Shown one piece after another: positions 26,935-37,600 of a stretch of DNA of 64,000 nt. The stretch is from positions 744,001 to 808,000 of the forward strand of contig MU058000.1 of NCBI GenBank assembly GCA_013265495.1, written 5' to 3'. Origin of the DNA: Vicugna vicugna. Taxonomy: Eukaryota. Made by a program: the position numbers and the translations under genes. Positions within the stretch are counted from its first letter, which is position 1; every line of letters begins with the position of its first letter. Under the pieces are notes generated by a model. The model searched no databases. It had not been told where the DNA came from and saw only the letters and a list, made by a program, of their open reading frames with translations.

Positions 26935-27586
26935 TACTACTAAAACAGAGCAGGATACTTCAGGTCCCTCTCTGGTACAAAAGCCCCTCTTTGTCCTCCA
27001 TTCCTTGTTTATTGAAAAAGGGTTTAGTCTCATAGGCCTTCCCTGAGTTCCAAAGAGCAGACTCAAGCAGTTACTAATTAGGGAAGTGAGGGAATGCAGA
27101 AACAAAGGAAAAGCAGTCAAGCAGAAAACCAATGATAGCTTAAACAACAGCTCAGCAGAAAACAGAGTCCTAGTTCCTCCTCAAGAAATATACATAACAA
27201 TCTGACACAAATCTTTTGAGTTGGTCTGTAGAAACTAAGGCCCCCACTCAAGTGGAGGACGGTAACTACATGCTGACCACAAGCATATAGACCCCAGCTG
27301 GCTGGAAGCAGAAGGTTGGTGATTAAGATTCCCAAAACATCACCTTGTTACTCCACCACCAACCGATTAGAAGGAAGTCCATGAGCTGCAACCCTCACCC
27401 AAATTGTTGCCTTTAAAAACCCTTTCCTGAAAGCCACTGGAGAGTTGGGGTCTTCTGAGCATAAGCTGCACATTCTCCTTGCATGGCACCCTGCAAAACA
27501 CTGTACTTTCCTTTACCACAACCCAGCATTAGAAAATTGGCATTGCTGTATAGCAGACAAGCAGACCCAAGTTTGGTTCAGTAACA
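26935..27586 (+). mobile_element. ERV1 solo LTR (MER41-like, artiodactyl type)
   Basis: Starts TACTACTAAAACAGAGCAGGA (decayed TGTTAC...), has GCCTTTAAAAACCCTTTCCTGAAAGCCA..GGAGAGTTGGGGTCTTCTGAGCA, ends TTTGGTTCAGTAACA. Confidence 0.7.
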
Positions 27587-27751
27587 CTATAAATACAGAA
27601 TTGACTGGACAGCATAGGGAGACAAAGAGATGAAATTATGAAAGAGATTAAAACCCATGGAGGACAGAGTATGAAGTTCCCATAGACATCTAACCTGAGT
27701 TCCTAAGGCAATAGTTGAAACAATGCTGACTGACAATTTCCCAGAATTCAC

Positions 27752-28243
27752 TGTGTGAGGCAGAATGGGGCAGCCTATCAGTAACATGGTGACGCACACA
27801 GGTTGGTAAAAGTATTTACCAGAGAAAAAATATGGAATAGAAAAGGAGTTTATTAGGGGTACGCTGCCATAGACAACAGTGGACCACAGGTTGAGAGGTG
27901 CATTGTGTGAGCACCGAGGGCCAGTTATTGGGGTGTTTCATACGGTTGGGTTGCGAAGTGCCTGACTGGTTTGTGCACAAGTCTCTTACTGGCTGTAGGT
28001 GAGGTGAGGTAAGAATTTAGGGTTCATGAAGGGCAGTGGGTTATGACTCATAAGGTGGAGATGTGGACTGAAACAAACCCGCCTGAGCTATTACAAGATG
28101 AGGCATTACCCAGGGCTATTAGTTTGTTAGGGCAAACACACCCAGTAAAGAATGTACTTTATCTGTTGAGGGATCACAGGCAGACATCCGAGAGCCCAGG
28201 AATGGGGGCCATCGGACTTCGAAGGACATCAGTTGGCCCCACA
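27752..28243 (-). mobile_element. Endogenous retroviral solo LTR, family not identified
   Basis: GC-richer 492-bp insert in AT-rich L1, bounded by TGTG...CACA. Minus-strand AATAAA near 27849-27854. Decayed 5-bp TSD TTCAC / TTTAT. Host L1 (CCCAGAA..ATGAAAGA) rejoins across it. Confidence 0.65.
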
Positions 28244-29569
28244 TTTATGAAAGATTTTACTTGTCAGATTAGAAGTCCCAAGGTATCTCAACATGGCAAC
28301 CAAAAATAACTCCACAAGTAGATATCAAAGCTGTGAGACCAAAGACAAAGAGAAGATCCTAAAAGCTACCAGAGAGAAAATAAGATTTCTTTCAAAGGAA
28401 TGTGATTAGACTGACTGCCACTTTCTCAATAGCAAGAAAAACCAATGGATATTTCAGGGTGCAAATAGAAAAAAAAATTATCAAATAGGACCATTTACTC
28501 AATGAAGACATCTTCAAAGAATAAGGATAAAATAAGGACAGGGCAGACAAACAAAAATGACAACTAATCTCAAAACAAGTAAGGTGAGAAAAGAACAGAA
28601 ACAGGAGATGATAGAAACAAAACTGTATCACTAACTAATAATAAATATAAGTGGACTAAATGTTCCAGTTAAAAGAAAAAGGCTGCCAGGCTAAATAAAA
28701 AATAAAATCCAATGCATGTTTATAAAAGCCATATCTAAAATATAAAGATTCATCAATCATGAAATTAAAGGGAAAAGAAAGCCATATAAGACAAAATATT
28801 AATGAAAAGAAACAATATATTAGAGAACATAGATTTTAATGTAAAAAGCATTGTTAGAGTATGTTACAACAAAATAGTAAAATTTAACACAACATTGTAA
28901 AATGATTATAAATCAATAAAAAATGTTAAAAAAAAGTAAAATTTTTAATTCATCAGAAATATATAATTATAGTTCTAAATTTACATATATTTAATAGTAA
29001 ATTTATTTACTATTAATGTAAAAGTTGACAGAAATACAGAAGACAAGAAATGCCCGTCATCATAATGGGAGATTTTAAAATGTACCTCTACTGGTAACTG
29101 ACAGATCAAGCAGGCAAAAAAATCAGCAAGGAAACAGAAGATACATAAATAACAAAGTGAACAAGCCAATCCAATGGTCATACACAGAACACTGCACTTC
29201 AGCAGGTGAAGAATGCATAGCCTTTATAATCACACCTAGAACTTTTATAACAGGTGACCACAGCTATGACATGTAGCAAGTTTTAACAAATTTCCAAAAA
29301 ATTGCTATCAAATAGACCATGAACACTGATCACAATACAGTTGAGTATCTAGTTATCTAAATCAGTTATCTAGAAAACTAGTATCTATTTATCTAAACTA
29401 GATACAAGATAACTTAAAATTTAGAAATTAACAAACATACTTCTAAATGATTCCTTGGTCAAAGAAGAAATCTTAATGAATATTAGAAAATATTCCAAAC
29501 CAAAGAATAATGAAAACACTATTTGGGAAAACTTTAAGAATGCGGGTAAACAGTACTATCAGGAAAAGA

Positions 29570-31530
29570 TGGGGTACAAAGTTAACATACCGAAATCAGT
29601 TTCCTTACTTTATACTAACAATGAAATATCAAAAAAAGAAAGTAAAGAAACAATCTCTTAAAATCACACCCAAAAAATAAAATACTGAGGAATAAATCTG
29701 ACCAAGGAGCTGAAAGTCTTATATGCAGAGAACTACAAAACATTGATTAAGGAAATTAAAGATGACTTAAAGAAATGGAAAGATATCTTATACTCTTGGA
29801 TTGGAAGAATCAATATTGTTAAAATGGCCATACTACCCAAAGCAATCTACAGATTTAATGTGATCCTTATCAAATTACCCAGGACTTTTTTCACAGAATT
29901 AGAACAAATAATCCTAAAATGTATAAAGAATCACAAAAGACCCAGAATTGTCAAAGCAATACTGAAGAAAAAAACTGAAGCTGGAGGAACAACCCTCCCA
30001 GACTTCAGACAATAGTACAGAGCTACAGTCATCAAAACAGCATGGTATTGGCACAAAAACAGACATGTGGATCAATGGATCAGAATAGAGAGCCCAGAAA
30101 TAAACCTACAAGCTTATGGTCAATTAATCTTCAACAAAGGAGGAAAGACTATACAATGGAGAAAAGACAGTCTCTTCAGGAAGTGGTGCTGGGAAAACTG
30201 ACAGCTGTATGTAAATCAGTGAAATTAGAACACTCCCCTCAATCCATAAACAAAAATAAACTCAAAATGGCTTAAAGACTTAGACATAAGACATGACACT
30301 ATAAACCTCCTGGAAGAAAACATAGGCAAAACATTTTCTGTCATAAATCTGAATAATGTTCTTCTAGGGCAGTCTACCCAGACAACAGAAATAAAAGCAA
30401 AAATAAACAAAGGGGACCTAATTAAACTTAACAAGATTCTTCACAGCAAAGGAAACCATAAGTAAAACAAAAAGACAACCTACAGAATGGGAGAAAATAT
30501 TTGCAAATGACGAGACTCACAAGGACTTAATTTCCAGAATATATAAACAGCTCATACAGCTTAATAACAAAAACCAAACAACTCAATCCAAAAATGGGCA
30601 GACCTAAACAAGCAACTCCAAGAGGCACATGAAAAAATGCTCAATATCGCTAATTATCAGAGAAATGCAAATCAAAACTACAATGAGGTATCACCTCACA
30701 TCCGTCAGAATGGCCAGCATTAAAAAGTCCACAGACGTTAAACGCTGGAGAGGGTGTGGAGAAAAAGGAATCCTCCCATACTGATGGTGGGAATGTAGTT
30801 TGGCGAGGTCATTATAAAAACTAGCATGGAGATTCCTCAAAAAACTAAAAACAGACCATATGATCCAGCAATCCCACTCCTGAGCATATATCTGGAGGGA
30901 GCTCTAATTTGAAAAGATACCTGCACCCCAATGTTCATAGCAGCTCTATATACAATAGCCAAGACATGGAAACAACCTAAATGTCCAGTGACAGATGAGT
31001 AGATAAAGAAGCTGTGGTATATGTAAACAATGGAATACTACTTAGCCATGAAAAATAAAATAAAATAATGCCATTTGCAGCAACAGGGATGAACCTTACT
31101 TCACATTCTAAGTGAAGTAAGCCAGAAAGAGAAAGAATACCATATGAAAGAACACCAATACTCACATGTAGAGTCTTAAAAAGAAAAAGAAGACACTAAT
31201 GAACTTATTTACCAAACAGAAACAGACTCACAGACATAGCAATGGTTATGGGGGTGAGGGGGAAGGGGGTGGGAAGGGATAAATTGGGAGTTTGAGATAT
31301 GCAGATACTAACAACTACTATATATAAAATAGATACACAAGAAGTTTCTTCTGCATCACACAGGGAATGATATTCAGTATCTTGTAGTGACCTATAATGG
31401 AAAAGAATATGAAAACGAATATACTTATGTGTATGTTTGACTGAACATTATGCTGTACACCAGAAACTGATACAATATTGTAAACTGACTATAGTCTAAT
31501 TTAAAAAATTCTTTAAATAATAATAAAAAA
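29570..31530 (+). mobile_element. Relatively young 5'-truncated L1 (ORF2 C-terminal part + 3' UTR), non-functional
   Basis: ORF 29743..30015 ([38 protein letters not shown]...TLPDFRQ) is L1 ORF2. It continues through stops and frameshifts into the 3' UTR and an A-rich tail. Confidence 0.95.
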
Positions 31531-32026
31531 AGAACTCATGGGGAAAAAAGTTGTACTGCTTCTATGAGAAAAGAACTTAAATGTAATGTAATAAACTTCC
31601 AACTTGACACAACACTGTAAAATGATTATGAATCAATAAAAAATGTAAAAAAAAAAAAACAAAAAAAACCTTCCAACTAATCAAGTTACAAAGAGCAGCA
31701 AAATAAATCCAACGATGTTAGAAAAAAGGAAATAACAAACATAAAAGCATAAATTATTGAAATTTTAAAAAACACATGGGTAAAAGATTCTTTGAGAAGA
31801 CTAACAGAATTGAAAATTTGTCAAGAAAAAAATAAGCACAAATAAATAACATTAAGAATGAAAAAGGATACATAAAATGCAAGTGCTATAGAGATTAAGG
31901 AGGCAATGAGGGGAAAATGCCTGTCTTTATACCAATACACTTGAAAATATAGGTAAAATTAGAGAAGTCGTAGGAAAGCATAATTGTCCAAAACTGATCT
32001 GAGAAGCAAGTTAAAAACCTGACTTT

Positions 32027-32162
32027 GGGAGAGGGTATAGCACAGTGGTTACAGTACATGCTTAGCATGCATGAGGCCCCAGGTTCAATCCCTAGTACCT
32101 CCATTAAATCAATCAATCAGTCAATCAATCAATCAATCAATCTAATCCTCCCCCCTAAAACA
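32027..32162 (+). mobile_element. tRNA-derived camelid SINE (Vic-1-like) with (AATC)n tail
   Basis: GGGAGAGGGTATAGCACAGTGGTT...CTTAGCATGCATGAGGCCCCAGGTTCAATCCCTAGTACCTCC. Confidence 0.88.
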
Positions 32163-32619
32163 AACACTGACATCCAATAACCACTAAATAAAGTGAATCA
32201 GTCCTTAAAATCTTCTCACAAGGAAAATGTCAGGCCAGGTGGTTACTGTAAAGCTGTATTAAACTTCAGAGGAAAAATAAATTCCAATCTTCCACTATTC
32301 CAGAGTACAAAAACAACCACTCACTAACTCATTCTATGAAGTTAGCATTTCCTGATATCAAAACCTGACAAAGTGTACCTCTTTATATTTATATCCTCCA
32401 AAATAAGAATTACAGACCAATCTCAATCACATCGATATAAGAATCCCAAACAAATTATCAGAGAGAATGTAGTAATCTATGAAAAGGATAATTAAATCAT
32501 AACTAGAGTTTGTCTAATATAAGCTTGGCTTAACACAGTCTCAACTTTTTTTAAACTATTGCCCATCTAAGAAGTCTTTTTACATGTTTCTCCCCCTCTA
32601 ATCATCCTTTCCTTTGAAT

Positions 32620-33330
32620 TCCCACCACTTACCAGTAGAACATCACAACTCAGAAACTGATGTTAATACAATCCGCCAGTCTTATTCCTATCTCCCCAGT
32701 TTTACATGCGGTGCATGTGTTTCTGTGTGTATTTAGCTCTCTGTAATGTTATCAATGTGTAGATTTGTGTATCCGCCACCGTAGACAAGATACAGAACAG
32801 TTCCACTGCCACAGGGATCCCTCATGTTGCCCTTTTATATCCACTCCCACCTCTTCTCCTCATGCCTGGGTCCTACGTCTTGGCAACCACTAATTTGTTT
32901 TTCATTTCTATAATTTTGTCATTTCAAGAATGCTAAACAAATGCAATCATGCAGTATGTATCCTTTCAGAATTGACTTTTCTCACTCAGCATAATGTCTT
33001 TGACACTCACTGAAGTTGTTGAAAGTATCAATTACTTCCTTTTCATTGCTGAGTAATATTCCACGGTACATATGTACTTCAGTCAGTTTAACCATTCACC
33101 TGCTAAAGGACATGTGGGTTGTTTCCAGTTCTTGGCTATTATAAATCAATGTGCTATGAACATTCATGTACAAGTCTTTGTATAAACATAAGTTTGCATT
33201 TGCCGAAGAGTATAATTGCTGAGTTATATGGTAACTGTATATCTAGTTTTATAAGAAACTACCAAACTGTTTTCCAGAAATTGCTGTACCATTTTCTACT
33301 TCCACCAGCACACATGAGTGTGTCTGTATT
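32620..33330 (-). mobile_element. L1MC-like 3' fragment, minus strand
   Basis: TGGCAACCACTAATTTGTT, TTTTCATTGCTGAGTAATATTCCA, GGGTTGTTTCCAGTTCTTGGCTATTATAAAT, AGAAACTACCAAACTGTTTTCCAGA. Confidence 0.8.
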
Positions 33331-34687
33331 TTCTGAACAGGGTCTTTTGCAAAGAAAAAATATTTAAAAGTTTTTAACCAGCAAAAAATATTTAGAAAAT
33401 GAAATTTAAAATAAGATAGCATTTACAACAGCGACAGAAAATATGAAGTGTACGTAGTAATAAATCTAACAAAAGATGTGTAAGGTCTCAGAGGAGATAC
33501 TTCTAAAGTTTATTAACAGACCCATAGAGAAGGCCTAAATAAGTGAAGAGATAGACTATATTTAGGGATTGAAGGAATTAATGATGTAAAGATGTTAACT
33601 CCCCCTAAACTGGACTATAGAGTTATGCACTGCCAAAATCCTAGCATGTTTTTTTCCCTCGTATTAAGCAAAATCACACTATTTAGACATGAATGGAATC
33701 AAATCTTAATGATATAAATATATTTATAAATATTCATTAAAATAAATTATAGAAATAATATTGGGAAAATACTACTATATAAAAAACAATGAAATTAGAC
33801 TCCTACTTCACACTATCCAGGAAAATCAGTTCTAAGTGGGTTGAATGTCAAAGTGTGAAAGGCTACCCAAGATATACTATAGAAGACATACAGCTAAATA
33901 TGGTCATGACTTTGGGGTAGGGAAATATTTTCCTTATCAAGACAAAGAGAGCACAGAGCCTAAGAGAAAAATAAACAAATTGCATATCATTAAAATTAAG
34001 AACTTCTTTCCACTGAAAGGTGCCATAAAGAGTGAAAAGACCATCCACCTGGAAGGAGATAACATCTTCACATCCACAAGGAACCCTAGAAGGATATCCA
34101 CAAAGAATGCCTAGAAATCTGCAAGGAAAAGGGAGACATCTCCAAGAAAGTACTTGAATGGGCATTTTATGAAAGAAAAAAATCAAAATGGGAAAGAAAG
34201 AGAGAGAGAGAGAGAGAAACAGAGAAAAAGAAACAGAAAGAAAGCAAAAACCAAAAAAAAAAAAAAAGAAGCAATCTCATTTGTAATCTAGGAAATGCAA
34301 ATGAAAACCACATGAGATGCCATTACTCTTCCCCCACTCCCCTTCTTCCAGCCTCTCAGTGACAAAAATAGAGATTCTGACTATCCCAGTGTAGGTGGCG
34401 GCGTGGAGTCGGAGTAAACTGCAGAAAACAGGTTGGTGCTAAAGTTACCTGATAAAGTGGAGGATAAACACACCCTGCAACCCGGCAGTTCCCTTCTGTT
34501 GCTTTTACACAAGAGAATCACTTGCATGTGTTCACCAGGGTGTGTGTTCAGAATGGTCACAGAAAAGACAAAAAGCATGCTCACAGAAACATGTCCTTAA
34601 TAACTTCAGTATCCACCACTAACAGAAAGGTAAATGAATTGTGGTCTATCACTGAAATGTAATACACCACTATTGGAAATGGAAAAA

Positions 34688-34739
34688 TATATATATACAC
34701 ACACACACACATATATGTGTGTGTGTGTGTGTATATATA
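34688..34739. repeat. Palindromic compound microsatellite (TA)n(CA)n(TA)n(TG)n(TA)n
   Basis: (AC)7 ATATAT (GT)7 at 34697-34730 is a perfect 34-bp palindrome, extended by TA repeats. Confidence 0.9.
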
Positions 34740-35580
34740 ATGAAATAAACACTGTACCTACAGGTAATGACATGGAAAAATCTCACAAATAACGTTATGT
34801 AAAAGGAGCAAGCCACAGAATAATACATGCAGTGTTATTCCGTTTATATAAAGTTCAAAAACATGAAATTCAATTATATCATTCTCAACGCATGTGTAGG
34901 TAGGAAAGCTGTTAGGAAAAGCAATGCAGTTATCACAAAACCCAGGGAGGTGGTGATGGAGGAGGAAGGAAGAGGATGCCTGGAAATGGGATGTCGTGAT
35001 CAGTAGGGAAACATGGGAGCTTCTGGGTGATGACAGAATTCTATTTATTAAACGGGATGAGAGGTTGCACTGTCATTCTTCGTAATTTAATATACATTTT
35101 AGATATGTTTCTTTGTATTTACTTGATAGTTAATAAAGCTTATTAAAACCACATATCAAAAGACTATCTGAGAAAGGAAGCTATTTTCACTATTTGTGTT
35201 TTCACAGCTAACTTCACGGTTGTTAGATAAAACTCCCAAGTTCCCCTTGAAAGACAAACTAAGAGTATAATGCGCCTGCTAGAGGCACAGTCTCTACTGT
35301 GGGGGACAAACTGCTCTCATTTGGTCTCATACACTTTATTTACTTACCAGCTTAGAAATCTTAGATAAATCATTTTACTTAGGTTCTGAACTGAATATCC
35401 TCAAGCCATAAGGCCAGTTGAGAAGTGAGACAAAGTACTGAGTCCAGAGCCGACTCTTCTCCCCAGGGCCAGACCTCTACAGCTGGGCCAGATAGCAGCA
35501 GGTTGCTGTTATCATGATGCCTCATAACCACATCCATCCAGCAAGGAATAAAATGGAAAACAGATAAAAATCTGCCTTCC

Positions 35581-35732
35581 CAAGGTGGGGAGGATGTAGC
35601 TCAGTGGCAGAGTGTATGCCTAACACGTACAAGGTCCTGGGTTGAAGCCCTAGTACCTCCATTAAATAAATAGATGAATAAACCTAATTACCTCTCCCCA
35701 AAAAAGATTAACTAAAAAAATTAATTTTTTGA
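35581..35732 (+). mobile_element. tRNA-derived camelid SINE (Vic-1-like)
   Basis: GGGGAGGATGTAGCTCAGTGGCAGAG...GGTCCTGGGTTGAAGCCCTAGTACCTCC. Perfect 15-bp TSD AAAAATCTGCCTTCC at 35566-35580 and 35733-35747. Confidence 0.92.
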
Positions 35733-36059
35733 AAAAATCTGCCTTCCTTCCTTTCCGATGAGGTTGTGTGAAAGGACCCTGGATCCAGACTGCCTGGTTC
35801 ATGTCCCACATTCAGCCCTGTAGCCTGGGGCAAGTGACAATAACTCTGTTTTTCTCTGTTTTCACCTGTAAAATGGAGCTGAAAATAGTGCCCACTTCTT
35901 AAAGGGATTTGGTTAATAGTGACAAAGCACCTGAAAAAGTGCTTGGTGCAAAGGAAGCACTCAAAAACGGTGAAGTGGTAGTTACTTCCAGACCCAAGCT
36001 TATGTCCAGATCTACTGGCAATCTTGCTTTAGATCACTGACTTTACAAGTAGGAAACTA

Positions 36060-36875
36060 AGTGCCTACTATCCCTTCCACAGCAGCTCCTTCACCTTTTC
36101 ACGTGCTCAGAACAAAACCCTGACTCTGCTCACATTTGGTCCATCACAACTTCTGTTAGTCCTACCTTCAAAACATGCCTGGAATCCAATCACTCCCACC
36201 ATCTCCAGGCTACCACCCTGGTCCCAAACACCATTCTCCCCTGGATCAATGCAGTGGCCTCCCCGCTTCTCCATTTGTCCTCGTTTCAGTCTGCTCTCAA
36301 CAGAGCGGCCATACAGTTTTGATAGAACTATCTCTTCAAGACTAGTTGGATCACACCACTGGCTCAAAACCCTCCCATAGCTTCCCATCTCTCCCACAGT
36401 AAATAAAGATCAAACTGCTCATTGTGCCCTCAAGGATTTCACAACCTCTCTGGTACATCTCCTTCTTGAACTTCTCCCCAGTTCACTCCACTCAAATCAC
36501 ACACCACAAACATGGCCATCTCCCCAGGGTCTGGTCACTTATAGTTCCTTCCTCCTAGTAGGCTCCTTCCCCAATTTCTGCAAGGCTTTCTTCTCATTTC
36601 TCCCGAGTCTTCACTCAAAAGTTACTGTTCAGTCACTCCCTGACCTTTGCTTAATTTTCATAACCTCCCTCACCCTGTACCCTTTCTTTGCCTCATTTTT
36701 CACTTCTTCCCACTTAACACATTATCTAACACACACTGGATCTACTTCTTGATTGTGTTTTTGGTATGGCTTCCCCAGCAGAATGTATACTCCATGAGGC
36801 AGGAATATCCCACTGTATCCCCAGTGCCGTGAACAATGACTGGTACATAGTCCGTTGGTTGAATAAATAATAAAC
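36060..36875 (+). mobile_element. L2 LINE 3' region
   Basis: CCTACCTTCAAAACATGCCTGGAATCCAATCACT, GGCTCAAAACCCTCCCATAGCTTCCCATCTC, terminal CCATGAGGCAGG...GTATCCCCAGTGCC...TGGTACATAGT...GTTGAATAAATAA. Confidence 0.8.
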
Positions 36876-37424
36876 GTACAAGTTGTCAGCTAAAACAAGT
36901 AATATAGCAAATATACCTTTCTCTCTTTTAATCCTTTGGAATCCTGGGTAGACAAAAATTTCAAATACTTACACATTTTTATGCCATGTCCTTTATTTAT
37001 GATTCAATGTTTACTCACTAGAGCTAAATGATTTTTCCAACACTGTAAACGCACCCAACCACGAATACAAAATAGATCTGATTCGACGCTTCATTTGTGG
37101 CTCACGTGCTATTTCATAGCTGGCAATATGACGCAGCTGTCCCAGGACCGGTTCAGAGATGCTCTTCTCACCCCAGAAGGCCTCATGGCAACAAGATTGC
37201 CTGACTGTTAGGTAACCTTGGGGAGAACAGGGACTGTGTCCAACTTTCTCATAATTGCATTCCCAACACCTAATATTTTTTGCATGAATGAACTAGTTAA
37301 TTAATGCATGCTTGGGCAATTTTTTGTGCTTCGTGTCCCATGCTGAGGGTGAGGGTGCAACAGGCCACATGGCCCCCAGGCTGAGCTGGAAGAGAATATT
37401 GGAGTTTTAGTAAAATATGTATTT

Positions 37425-37600
37425 GTTATGTTAGGTGTCTATGTTATATGGGTATATATGTAAGTGTATATGTTATATGTGTGCCTATGTAAAAGTACGC
37501 TGTATGTGCATGAGTACACGGTATGTGCATATGTTATGTCCATATATGTCATGTATCTATGTGTATGCATGTGGCATGTGTATGTATATACTGTGTGCAT
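37425..37600. repeat. Degenerate (TATG/TG)-rich low-complexity tract
   Basis: Read directly. Confidence 0.7.

Larger units (their letters stand above)
25380..35150 (+). mobile_element. Ancient, highly degenerate L1 (L1M-type) scaffold fragmented by many younger insertions
   Basis: Colinear A-rich L1 remnants in order: ORF1-like (AAAGACAAAGAGAAGATCCTAAAAGCTACCAGAGAG, 28341), endonuclease-like (AAGTGGACTAAATGTTCCAGTTAAAAG, 28649), RT-like (CACTAACTCATTCTATGAAGTTAGC, 32322), 3' end (GGAAATGCAAATGAAAACCACATGAGATGCCATT, 34291). Confidence 0.65.

Noticed and set aside
26935..27586. Interferon-inducible STAT1 (GAS) sites as described for primate MER41
   Set aside because: I found no canonical TTCnnnGAA inside this LTR by eye. 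The nearest one (TTCCCAGAA, about 27738) is in flanking L1 sequence.
29743..30275. L1 ORF2-like ORFs as a functional gene
   Set aside because: 5'-truncated, with stops and frameshifts; no intact endonuclease or RT domain.
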